DNA of 64,000 nucleotides from an uncultured Actinomycetes bacterium. Its GTDB lineage: Bacteria; Actinomycetota; Thermoleophilia; Solirubrobacterales; Solirubrobacteraceae. Numbering within the stretch: position 1 is the first letter of the stretch; the number at the start of each line of letters is the position of its first letter. Shown here piece by piece: positions 43,517 through 52,271 of the stretch. The position numbers and the translations under genes are program-made. The stretch spans positions 182,543 through 246,542 of the forward strand of contig CAWBIM010000017.1 in the NCBI GenBank assembly GCA_963788935.1. The letters run 5' to 3'. The notes under the pieces were generated by a model. That model saw nothing but the letters and a program-made list of their open reading frames with translations, made no database searches and was not told where the DNA came from.

Positions 43517-45059
43517 ATGCCCGCGGGGGACGAGCAGCGGCTCGCTGTCATCGATCTCGGGTCGAACTCGTTCCGCCTCGTCGTGTTCACCGCGCGCGAC
43601 GGCTGGTGGAAGCGCACCGACGAGATCTACGAGGCCGTCCGCATCGGCGAGGGCCTGGCCGCGACCGGCGAGCTCGGCGAGCCCGGCATGGCCCGCGCGC
43701 AGGCGTCGATGGAGGTCTTCGCCCACTTCTGCCGGGCGAGCGGGCTCGAGGCCGACGAGATCGACGCGGTCGCCACCAGCGCGATCCGCGACGCCACGAA
43801 CGCGCGCGAGTTCCTCGACCGCGCCGAGGAGAGCTCGGGCCTGAGCGTGCGCGTGCTGCCCAAGGAGGAGGAGGCCCGCTACGGCTACCTCGCGGCGGTG
43901 AACTCGACGACGCTGTCCGACGGCGTGATGCTCGACATCGGCGGCGGCTCGATGCAGCTCGTCCACGTCGAGCGCCGGCTCGCGCGCGAGCTCGACTCCT
44001 GGCCGCTCGGCGCGGTGCGCATGACGGAGCGCTTCCTGCCCGACGACAAGCCGGCCAAGGCCAAGCAGCTGCGCGAGCTGCGGGCGTTCGTCGCCGGGGC
44101 GCTCGAGCGCGCCCCGTGGCTGCGGCGCTCGGGCTCGCGGATGGTCGGGATCGGCGGCACCATGCGCAACCTGGCCGCGGCGGCCCAGCGCGAGGCCGAC
44201 ATCGCCGAGTTCGGCGTGCAGGGCTTCGTCCTCACCCGCTCCGCGCTCGACGACATGGTGGACGAGCTCGCCGACCTGCCGCCGTCCGAGCGCGGCAGCG
44301 TCCCGGGGATCAAGCCCAACCGCGCCGACATCATCCTCGGCGGCGCGCTCGTCGTGCAGGCCGTCATGGAGGAGGGCGGCTTCGAGGAGATCGACGTCAC
44401 CGAGGCGGGTCTGCGCGAGGGCGTGTTCTTCGAGCGCTTCCTGCGCCGCAGCAACGGCGGCGAGGCGCTGTTCGACGACGTCCGCCGCGCGTCGGTCGTC
44501 AACCTCGCCGCCCAGTACGGCATGAACCCCGACCTCAACCCGCACGTCGCGCACGTCGGGCGCCTGGCCCTCGAGCTGTACGACGAGCTGGCCGCGGCCG
44601 GGCTGCACCCGGGCGAGAGCGCCGAGCGCGAGCTGCTCTGGGCGGGGGCGATGCTCCACGACATCGGGATGACGGTCGACTACGACGACCACCACAAGCA
44701 CTCGCGCTACCTCGTCCTCAACGCCGGGCTGCCGGGCTACGCCCAGCGCGAGGTCGCGCTCATCGGCCAGGCGGTCCGCTACCACCGCAAGGGCATGCCC
44801 GTCGCTCGGCCCGTTCGCCTCGATCGCGGACAAGGGCGACGAGGAGCGCCTGAACCGGATGTCCGCGCTGCTGCGCCTGGCCGAGGACCTCGAGCGCAGC
44901 CGCGACCAGCTCGTCCGCGAGGCGCACGTCGCGGTGGCCAACGGCGCGGTGCGCCTGGACCTCGTCTCCGACAGCGACGCCCGCGTCGCGCGCTGGGCCG
45001 CCGGCCGCGAGGGCGACCTGTTCGAGCGCGCGTTCGGCCGCGAGCTCGAGGTCGGCTAG
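43517..45059 (+). pseudogene. ppx: Ppx/GppA family phosphatase, 1-nt frameshift near 44800
   Basis: LAVIDLGSNSFRLVV, LDIGGGSMQLV, GIGGTMRNLA, LHDIGMTVDYDDHHKHSRY, AVRYHRKGMP. The family continuation SLGPFASIADKGDEERLNRMSALLRLAEDLERSRD.. is in the frame of ORF 44859..45059. 1543 nt = 3n+1. There is an extra base in a ccc/g context. Confidence 0.8.
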
Positions 45060-45376
45060 AAGCGCGGCTCGGTCTCGCGCTCGGGCCCCGGGCCGGCCGG
45101 GATCTCGAGCGGCTCGGCCGGCGCCGTGATGACCTGGAAGTCCTCCGTCTCGAGCTCGGGCGGCTCCATGCCGTCGCACACGAGCCGGAACGCCCCGGTC
45201 CCGAGCTTGGGATCGGCCTCGAGGACGAGCCCGGCGATCGTGTCGCCCTCCTCCCACTGCATGCGCTCGATCTCGAACGGGTTCATGCGCACCGTGTGGG
45301 GCGGGAACGGGCAATTCTTGTTGTGCGCGGCCTTCGCCTTGACGATGGCCTCGAAGTTCTTGGCCTCGGCACTCAC
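45056..45376 (-). CDS. small hypothetical protein (106 aa)
   Basis: VSAEAKNFEAIVKAKAAHNKNCPFPPHTVRMNPFEIERMQWEEGDTIAGLVLEADPKLG.. . Balanced composition and lower local GC. GTG start at 45376. Confidence 0.6.
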   Translation of the reverse strand: MSAEAKNFEAIVKAKAAHNKNCPFPPHTVRMNPFEIERMQWEEGDTIAGLVLEADPKLGTGAFRLVCDGMEPPELETEDFQVITAPAEPLEIPAGPGPERETEPRF

Positions 45377-45399
45377 CCGCCCAACTGTACTCTCGGGCC

Positions 45400-46224
45400 G
45401 TGCTCGCAGCCGCTGCCGCGATCGGCATCGCCGCCCTCGCTCCCGTGTCGGTCTCCGCGTCCTCGGGACCCGTCACGGCGACCATGACGGCGACCGGGGC
45501 CGCGAGCGGAACGAGCATCACGGACGCGGTCGGCCTGCGGGTCGCGGTCGCCCGCAACGGGATCGTCGCCTTCGACGCGGCGCTGCGCCCGTGCCGCTTC
45601 GGCTGCGCGGCGGACGACCCGACCGCGGCGCGCTTCGCGGAGCTCAAGCTCCGGGACCTCGACGGCGACGGTGAGCCCGAGGTCCTCGTCGACCGCTCGG
45701 ACGGCTTCAACCCGTGCTGCACCCTGGAGACGGCGATCCTCCGGCGCGACCCCGCCACCGGCTTCTACGGCGAGCTCGACCGCCACTGGGGCGAGAACTA
45801 CCGGGTCGCCGAGCTCGACCACGCGGCCGGCGCCGAGCTGCTGACCGGCGACATGCGCTTCTACGAGCGCTTCGTGCCGCGGGTCGCGGGCTTCCAGCTG
45901 CCGCTGAAGATCCTGCGGCTGAGCGGTCCGCGGCTCGTCGACGTCACGCGGGCGTTCCCGGCGCGGGTGCGCCGCCACGCCCGCAGCCTGTCGCGGCTCA
46001 TCCGCTCGACGGACGCGATCGCCGACGGCCGGCGCAGCGGCAACCGCACGCTCGCCCGGGCCGGGCTCATGCCGCAGCTCGCCGCCTACGCGGCCGAGGA
46101 ACGCCTGCTCGGCCGGCGCGCCGTCGGCGACCGGCGCGTGACGAGCGAGGTCCGCCACGGCCGCGTGTCGGCCGGATTCCGCCGGGTGCTGATGGGCTTC
46201 CTGGCGCGCACGGGATACCGCTGA
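45400..46224 (+). CDS. secreted hypothetical protein (274 aa)
   Basis: Hydrophobic N-terminus LAAAAAIGIAALAPVSVSASS. LRDLDGDGEPEVLVDRSDGFNPCC. No family recognised. Confidence 0.55.
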   Translation: MLAAAAAIGIAALAPVSVSASSGPVTATMTATGAASGTSITDAVGLRVAVARNGIVAFDAALRPCRFGCAADDPTAARFAELKLRDLDGDGEPEVLVDRSDGFNPCCTLETAILRRDPATGFYGELDRHWGENYRVAELDHAAGAELLTGDMRFYERFVPRVAGFQLPLKILRLSGPRLVDVTRAFPARVRRHARSLSRLIRSTDAIADGRRSGNRTLARAGLMPQLAAYAAEERLLGRRAVGDRRVTSEVRHGRVSAGFRRVLMGFLARTGYR

Positions 46225-46322
46225 GGCGCGCCCGGCGGCGCGTCGCCGTTGGGCGACACGGCGTTTGTCGCGCTGACGGGCGGGGGAAGGGAATCCCGCG
46301 GCACCCGGCCGCGAGGGGACCC

Positions 46323-49181
46323 ATGAACGAGCGCCGGCACCTGATCGCCCGCGGCTACGCCGCGATCGTCGTCACCCTCCGCCACCTCATCCCGCTGGCG
46401 TGGATCGCGGCCGTGGTGGTGGCGACGATCTCGCTGCCCGACCTCGCCTCGGCGCCGACCGCGCCGCTCGAGGACCTCGCCGCGAAGAACGGGGCCGCCA
46501 GCCAGGCCGCCGCGGAGGCGACGAAGCGCTTCGGGTTCCCGCTGTCGACCCAGACGGCGGTCGTCCAGCGCGACCCGAACGGCCTCTCGGGCGCCGCGCA
46601 GCGCCGACAGATCACGGCCGCCCGCGGCGTGCTCGACCGCAAGGACCCGGCCTTCCCCGACATCAAGGCGGCGCTGCCGATCACCAACGCGGTGGGCGGC
46701 GTGCCGGCCGACGAGCGCGGCACGACGGGCCTGACGTACCTCTACTTCCCGCCGAGCCTGTCGCTCGAGGACTCGACGGGGCAGGCCCACCGCTACGCCG
46801 ACCGCGCCCTCGGCGGCCGCGGCGGCTCGGTCGTCGGGGTCACCGGCGCGGCCCCGGCCCGGCTGGCGCAGTTCACGGAGATCGAGAACTCGCTGCCGAT
46901 CATCGAGGCCGCGAGCATCGCCCTGATCTTCGTCGTCGTGGCGATCGCGTTCCGGTCGCTCGGCGCGCCGCTCGTCGCCCTGGCCACCGCCGGGATCACG
47001 TTCCTGATCGCGGTCCGGGTCCTGCCGTGGGCGGGCGAACGCGCCGACGTGACGGTGCCCAAGGAGGTGCAGCCGATCATCGTCGTGCTGCTCCTCGGCC
47101 TCGTCACGGACTACACGATCTTCTTCCTGTCCGGGATGCGCCGGCGCGTCCGCCAGGGCGAGCCGCGCGTGGCGGCGGCCCGCGCGACCGTCGTCGAGGT
47201 CGCGCCGATCGTCTTCACCGCCGGGCTGATCGTCGCCGCGGGGACGGCCGCGCTCGTGGCGGGCAAGCTCGACTTCTTCCGCGCGTTCGGCCCGGGTCTC
47301 GCCGTCACGACGCTGATCTCGATGGTCGTGTCGATCACGCTCGTGCCCGCCCTCATCGCGCTGTTCGGCCCGCGGCTGTTCGGGCGCAAGGTGCGCGAGG
47401 AGGGCGCCCGCGCGGCCGAGCAGGCGACGATCGACGCCGACCCCGCCGCGCGCGAGCCCGAGCCGAGCCGCCCTGGCGCGGAGTCCGACCGCGAACCCGG
47501 CCGGCTCACCCGCCGCGGTCCGCTCGCGCGCATGATGCTGCGCGTCACCCGTCCGGTGACCGCCATGCGCCGCACGCCCGAGCTCGCCCGCGAGCACGGG
47601 ACGGCGCCGTGGCGCCTCATCGTCGCCCGCATCGCCGCCTCGCGGCCGGTCGCCGTGCCGATCGCGATCCTCGCGATCGGGGCCCTCGTGCTCGGGGCGA
47701 GCCAGGTCCGCGACATGAAGCTCGGGCTGACCTTCATCCAGTCGCTGCCGCAGCAGAACGAGGTCCGCCGCGCCGCCGACGCCGCCCAGCAGGGCTTCGC
47801 CCCCGGGATCCTCGCGCCGACCGAGGTCGACCTCGTGCAGAACGGCATCGGCGCCAAGAGCGCGCAGCTCGCGCGGCTCGAGCAGATCATCGACCGCGAG
47901 CCGGGCGTCGCTGCGGTCCTCGGTCCGCGCGAGCAGGTCCAGGGCACGCCCGCCGCGCTCGTCTCCCGCGACGGCGGGGCGGCCCGCTACGCCGTCGTCT
48001 TCGACGAGGAACCGCTCGGCGCGCCGGCCGTCGACCGCTTCCGCGACCTGCGCGACCGGATGCCCGCGCTCGTGCGCGCGGCCGGCCTGGGGCCGGGGGT
48101 GCAGCTGAGCTTCGGCGGCGAGACCGCGCTCGCCGACGACACGATCACGCGCGTGCTCGACGACCTCAAGCGCGTCGCGGTCGTCGCCATCATCGTCAAC
48201 GTCGTGCTGCTGGCGCTGTTCATGCGCGCGCTGGTGGCGCCGCTGTACCTCGTCGCGTCGAGCATCCTCGGGCTGCTCGCGAGCCTCGGCCTGACGACGC
48301 TGCTGTTCCAGAAGGTGCTCGGCAACGACGACCTCACGTACTACGTGCCGTTCGCGGCGGCGGTCCTGCTCGTCGCGCTGGGCTCGGACTACAACGTGTT
48401 CGTCGCGGGGCGGATCTGGGAGGAGGGGCGGCGCTACCGCCTGCGCGAGGCGATCGCGGTCGCGATGCCGGCCGCCGCACGGGCCGTGACCGCGGCCGGG
48501 CTCGCGCTCGCGGCCTCGTTCGCGCTGCTGGCGATCGTCCCGCTGCGCTCCTTCCGCGAGTTCGCGTTCGTGATGACGGCAGGCGTGCTCGTCGACACCT
48601 TCATCGTCCGGTCGCTGCTGGTGCCCGCGTTGACCTCGCTGTTCGGCGAATCCGCGTGGTGGCCCGGCCGGCGCATGCGCCGCGCGGCGGCGGACGACCT
48701 CTTCGCGGAGGTCGCGGCCCGGGCCGGGATCGGGACGACGCAGGCCGAGTCGGCCACCCACGCCGCGCTGTCGACCCTGGCCGAGCGCATCACGCGCAAC
48801 GAGACGCGCGCCCTGGCCACCCGGCTGCCGCGCGGCCTCGACGGCGAGATCCGGCGCGCGGCGGCGCGGTCGCCCGAGCGCTTCGGCGCGGACGAGTTCG
48901 TGCACCGGATGGCCGACCGCGAGGGCGTCCCGGAGGACGAGGCGCGCCGCCACGCCCGCGCCGTGCTCACGACCCTCGAGGCGAACGCCACCGACGGCCT
49001 CGAGTACGTCCGCGCGCAGCTCTCCGACGACTACGACGCGCTCTTCGAGCGCCGCGGGCCGCGGGCCGACACGCCGGGGCCCCAGGGACCGCTGCCCGAC
49101 GAGCCGCCCGACGCCGAGCCCCGCGTACGCCGCGAAACCGACCCCGAGTCCGCTACGGATCGATCAGCACGCCGGGGTTGA
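46323..49181 (+). CDS. MMPL family transporter with C-terminal DUF2267-like cytoplasmic domain
   Basis: 952 aa. Two 6-TM bundles (IIVVLLLGLVTDYTIFFLSGMRR; LLVALGSDYNVFVAGRIWEE). The tail AALSTLAERITRNETRALATRLPRGL..FGADEFVHRMADREGVPEDEARRHARAVLTTLEANATDGLEYVRAQLSDDYDALF matches the two-repeat DUF2267 pattern (from memory). Confidence 0.88.
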   Translation: MNERRHLIARGYAAIVVTLRHLIPLAWIAAVVVATISLPDLASAPTAPLEDLAAKNGAASQAAAEATKRFGFPLSTQTAVVQRDPNGLSGAAQRRQITAARGVLDRKDPAFPDIKAALPITNAVGGVPADERGTTGLTYLYFPPSLSLEDSTGQAHRYADRALGGRGGSVVGVTGAAPARLAQFTEIENSLPIIEAASIALIFVVVAIAFRSLGAPLVALATAGITFLIAVRVLPWAGERADVTVPKEVQPIIVVLLLGLVTDYTIFFLSGMRRRVRQGEPRVAAARATVVEVAPIVFTAGLIVAAGTAALVAGKLDFFRAFGPGLAVTTLISMVVSITLVPALIALFGPRLFGRKVREEGARAAEQATIDADPAAREPEPSRPGAESDREPGRLTRRGPLARMMLRVTRPVTAMRRTPELAREHGTAPWRLIVARIAASRPVAVPIAILAIGALVLGASQVRDMKLGLTFIQSLPQQNEVRRAADAAQQGFAPGILAPTEVDLVQNGIGAKSAQLARLEQIIDREPGVAAVLGPREQVQGTPAALVSRDGGAARYAVVFDEEPLGAPAVDRFRDLRDRMPALVRAAGLGPGVQLSFGGETALADDTITRVLDDLKRVAVVAIIVNVVLLALFMRALVAPLYLVASSILGLLASLGLTTLLFQKVLGNDDLTYYVPFAAAVLLVALGSDYNVFVAGRIWEEGRRYRLREAIAVAMPAAARAVTAAGLALAASFALLAIVPLRSFREFAFVMTAGVLVDTFIVRSLLVPALTSLFGESAWWPGRRMRRAAADDLFAEVAARAGIGTTQAESATHAALSTLAERITRNETRALATRLPRGLDGEIRRAAARSPERFGADEFVHRMADREGVPEDEARRHARAVLTTLEANATDGLEYVRAQLSDDYDALFERRGPRADTPGPQGPLPDEPPDAEPRVRRETDPESATDRSARRG

Positions 49182-50715
49182 GCAGCCCGGCGGGGTCGAG
49201 CGCGTGCTTGGCGGCGCGTAGCGCGGCCGCGAACGCGTCGGGGCGCTGGGCGTCGTACCACGGGCGGTGGTCGCGGCCGACGCCGTGGTGGTGGGTGATC
49301 GTCCCGCCGGCGTCGAGGATCGCGCGGCCGGCCGCCTGCTTCATCTCGTGCCACTGGGCGACCTCGTCGCCGCGCCGCGCCGGGGCCAGCACCGTGAAGT
49401 ACGGCGCGGGGCCGTCGGGATAGACGTGCGTGAGGCGGCAGGTGACGCGGCACGGATCGCCGAGCGCCTCCTCGACCGCCCGCGTGACGGCCACGTGGAA
49501 CGCCGGGAAGCGCTCCCAGGTCACCGCCGACTCGAACGTGTCGGTGAAGATCCCGAGGCGCACGAGCATGTCGCGCAGGTACGGCATCCGGAAGAAGCCC
49601 TCGCGCCAGGACCGCGCCGCACCGTCGTCGCCCGGCTCGTCGGGGTCGCCGCCGTGCTCGCGACAGATCTCGAGCGCGCGATCGAGCCACGGGCCGACGG
49701 GGTGGTCGGCGGACTCGAAGCCGAGCGTCAACAGCGCGCGACGCCCGTCGCCCGCGCCGACCTGCGCGGCCTCGAGCGCGTCGATGAGCCGGCAGTTCGC
49801 GGGCTCGAGCTCGGATTGGGCGAGCGCGCGGACGGCGTCGGCACCGCCGAGGAACGAGTCGAAGCGAACCGCGCGCCCGGCGCGGTGGACCGGCCGCGGG
49901 CGGATCCGGACCCACGCCTCCGTGATGATCCCGAGGATCCCCTCCGAGCCGAGGAGCATCCGGTCGGGCGAGGGGCCGGCGCCCGAGCCGGGCAGCCGGC
50001 GCGACACCCAGTGGCCCGCCGGCCCGACGGCGCGCACGGACTCGACGAGGTCGTCGATGTGGGTCAGGCGCGTGGCGAAGTGCCCGCCCGCGCGGGTCGC
50101 GATCCAGCCGCCCAGGGTCGACAGCTCGAACGACTGCGGGAAGAAGCGCAGCGTCATCCCCTGCGCGGCGAGCTGCTCCTCGATCCGCGGCCCGCTCGCC
50201 CCGGCGCCGATGCGCGCCGCGCGCGAGACCATGTCGATCTCGCGGACGGCGTCGATCGCCCCGAGGTCGATCGTGACCACGCCGTCGAAGCGGTCGGGCA
50301 CGCGCGCGGCGACGCCGCCGACGACGCTCGTGCCGCCGCCGTACGGGATGACCGCGGCATTCGCGGCGTGGGCCCACTCGAGGACGTCCTCGATCTCGCG
50401 CGCGGCCCGTGGGCGCGCGACGGCGTCGGGCACGTGCGCGAAGACGCCGCGCAGGCCGTGGACGGTGTCGAGGTAGGACTGGCCGCGGGCGTGCGCGGCG
50501 CGCTCGGCGGCGTCGACCGTGCAGATCCCCCGGAGGTGATCGGGCGGCGCGAGACGCGCCGCCGGGAGCGCGGTGGGGTCGAACGGCACGGGCGCCTCGG
50601 GCTCGGTCTCCCCGAAGCCGATCAGCCCGACGAGCCCGGGCGCGCCCGCGCGGATGCCCGCGTCGGAGATCGCGGCGTCCTCGAAACCCCAGCCCCAGCG
50701 GTTGCGCACGCGCAT
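49153..50715 (-). CDS. FAD-binding oxidase (FAD_binding_4 / alkyl-DHAP synthase-like)
   Basis: 520 aa. VIPYGGGTSVVGG, GMTLRFFPQSFELSTLGGWIATRAGG, GSEGILGIITEAWVRI, GGTITHHHGVG. Confidence 0.88.
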   Translation of the reverse strand: MRVRNRWGWGFEDAAISDAGIRAGAPGLVGLIGFGETEPEAPVPFDPTALPAARLAPPDHLRGICTVDAAERAAHARGQSYLDTVHGLRGVFAHVPDAVARPRAAREIEDVLEWAHAANAAVIPYGGGTSVVGGVAARVPDRFDGVVTIDLGAIDAVREIDMVSRAARIGAGASGPRIEEQLAAQGMTLRFFPQSFELSTLGGWIATRAGGHFATRLTHIDDLVESVRAVGPAGHWVSRRLPGSGAGPSPDRMLLGSEGILGIITEAWVRIRPRPVHRAGRAVRFDSFLGGADAVRALAQSELEPANCRLIDALEAAQVGAGDGRRALLTLGFESADHPVGPWLDRALEICREHGGDPDEPGDDGAARSWREGFFRMPYLRDMLVRLGIFTDTFESAVTWERFPAFHVAVTRAVEEALGDPCRVTCRLTHVYPDGPAPYFTVLAPARRGDEVAQWHEMKQAAGRAILDAGGTITHHHGVGRDHRPWYDAQRPDAFAAALRAAKHALDPAGLLNPGVLIDP

Positions 50716-50743
50716 GCGGGCTTGACCGTACCCTCAGGGGCCG

Positions 50744-51412
50744 ATGCCGAGCGCCCCCGTCATCCTCGCCCGCGGCCCGTGGGCGCCCGAGGCCGTGCAG
50801 GCGCGCTGGTCCGACGAGCACTACGCGCCGCCGGCCGCGATGGGCGCGGCGGCCGATGCCGCCATCGAGGCGCTGCAGGCGCGTGGCTCGCCGAGCCACG
50901 ACGGCCTCGCCGCCCGGCTGGTGGGCCACAGCGAGCGCGACGGCGGGCTCGTCCTCGACCTGCAGCCGCTGCGCTGGGCGCTGCGCCTCGTGGAGGGCGA
51001 CGCGTCGTGTTCGGTCGCCGCGATGTGCCTGACCCGCGACAGCGACGGCCGCTGGCTCGCGGGCCGGCGGGCGATGTGGCTGTCCTCCTGGGCGGGGCGC
51101 TGGGCGCTCGGTGCGGGCGGCGCGGTCGAGGTCGGCGAGAACCCGGTGCAGACGCTGTCGCGCGAGCTCGAGGAGGAGTGGTCGGTGGCGCCCGAGCGCC
51201 TGCAGGTCGAGGCGCTCGTCCGCCTCCCCCACGACCTCGTGATGCTCGTCGGCCAGGCGTGGCTGGCGCCCGGCGCGGAGGTCACGGCCGACGCCGAGCA
51301 CGACGAGCACGCGTGGTGGCCGCCCGACGTCGCCGACTGGCCCGCCGAGGCCCACGACGACCTGCGCTCGATCCCGGCGCTGCTGGGCGAGACCGACGGG
51401 CGGGCGGCGTGA
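50744..51412 (+). CDS. NUDIX hydrolase
   Basis: The Nudix box GAVEVGENPVQTLSRELEEEW fits GX5EX7REUXEE. Confidence 0.85.
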   Translation: MPSAPVILARGPWAPEAVQARWSDEHYAPPAAMGAAADAAIEALQARGSPSHDGLAARLVGHSERDGGLVLDLQPLRWALRLVEGDASCSVAAMCLTRDSDGRWLAGRRAMWLSSWAGRWALGAGGAVEVGENPVQTLSRELEEEWSVAPERLQVEALVRLPHDLVMLVGQAWLAPGAEVTADAEHDEHAWWPPDVADWPAEAHDDLRSIPALLGETDGRAA

Positions 51413-51777
51413 GCCACGACGCCCGCGTCCTCGAGCGCTCGAGTCGTCCGTCGCGGGTCCCGAGCCTGCGGTTCGGGACGCTCAAGCGCCTGTCCTTCGC
51501 CCACTCGACGGTCTACGCGATCCTGCTCGTGGTCTGGCTCGTCCCCGGCCTCCACGCCCTGGAGTTCGTCTTCGGCCTCGCCCACGGCCTGGGCTGGATC
51601 GCGATGTGCCTGCTGAGCATCGCCGCCGTCCGCGCGCGCGTGATCCCGCTGCGCGTCGGCGTGGCCGTGTCCGTGATCGGCGCGGTCGGCCCGTTCGTGG
51701 GGTCGTGGGAGTTCGTGCGCGAGGAGCGCCGGCGGGAGGCGGGGTCCTCTGCGCCTTCCGGGTCCGCGGCGGCGTAG
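51409..51777 (+). CDS. small membrane protein, DUF3817-like
   Basis: GTG 51409 (GTGA overlap with the NUDIX stop). Three or four TM segments (TVYAILLVVWLVPGL, GLAHGLGWIAMCLLSIAAV, VGVAVSVIGAVGPFVG). Confidence 0.55.
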   Translation: MSHDARVLERSSRPSRVPSLRFGTLKRLSFAHSTVYAILLVVWLVPGLHALEFVFGLAHGLGWIAMCLLSIAAVRARVIPLRVGVAVSVIGAVGPFVGSWEFVREERRREAGSSAPSGSAAA

Positions 51778-51821
51778 GCGGCGGTCCGCTCGGGCGTCGG
51801 GGGTCGACTCCTCGGCGATTT

Positions 51822-51840
51822 GTGCCCGCTCAGCGGGCAC
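51822..51840 (+). terminator. perfect 8-bp GC-rich hairpin gtgcccgc-tca-gcgggcac followed by tatt
   Basis: Read directly. 45 nt downstream of the DUF3817-like stop. The U-tract is weak, so it could instead be an operator palindrome. Confidence 0.35.
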
Positions 51841-51905
51841 TATTCGCCAAGAAACGCGTCGAGCACCGCTCGGCTCCCCGCCCCCGCTACCGTCCGCACC
51901 CGCAC

Positions 51906-52271
51906 GTGTCCACCCCCGCGACCATCGACGACTACATCGCCGGCCTGCCGCCGACCCTGCGCGAGGCCGCCGACCAGACCCGCGCCGTCATCGATCGCCA
52001 CCTCGCGGGCGCCACGTCCGCGGTCCTCTGGGGCCATCCGACATGGAGCATCGACGACGACCCCGTCTGCTACCTGCGCGCCACCGCCGGCGAGCTGCTC
52101 TTCGGCTTCTGGAACGCGGGGTCGCTCGACGACCCCTCCGGCCGGCTGACCGCGCACGGCTCGATCATGGGCCACGCCGTCGTCGCCGGCCCGGCGGACG
52201 TCGACGAGCCGCTGTTCGCCGCCTGGCTGCAGGAGGCGCGCGGCCTCGCGCGCCCGCCCCGGCCTACGTGA
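51906..52271 (+). CDS. DUF1801 (YdhG-like) domain protein
   Basis: GTG 51906 gives VSTPATIDDYIAGLPPTLREAADQTRAVIDRHLAGATSAVLWGHPTWSI..LLFGFWNAG. Confidence 0.7.
   Translation: MSTPATIDDYIAGLPPTLREAADQTRAVIDRHLAGATSAVLWGHPTWSIDDDPVCYLRATAGELLFGFWNAGSLDDPSGRLTAHGSIMGHAVVAGPADVDEPLFAAWLQEARGLARPPRPT

Noticed and set aside
41183-44941. 1252-aa minus-strand ORF and 970-aa plus-strand ORF (41941..44853)
   Set aside because: Both overlap the clearly recognisable HD-GYP and Ppx/GppA genes, and their translations are low-complexity Arg/Pro/Gly.
5026-46224. Possible paralogy between the 203-aa (5026..5637) and 274-aa (45400..46224) exported proteins (both have a D-x-[DT]-G-D-G-x-P-E motif and a CC pair)
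   Set aside because: The motif order and spacing differ, and the rest of the sequences do not align by eye. The evidence is insufficient without a proper alignment.
46242-46268. Hairpin gtcgcc-gttg-ggcgac followed by gtttg, downstream of the 45400..46224 gene, as an intrinsic terminator
   Set aside because: The stem is only 6 bp, and the T-tract is separated from it by 7 nt. This is too weak to report as a feature.
46086-49423. 955-aa antisense ORF and 1007-aa alternative-frame ORF over the MMPL gene
   Set aside because: Same reasoning: the MMPL frame has 12 TM helices and conserved motifs, and the others are Arg-rich.
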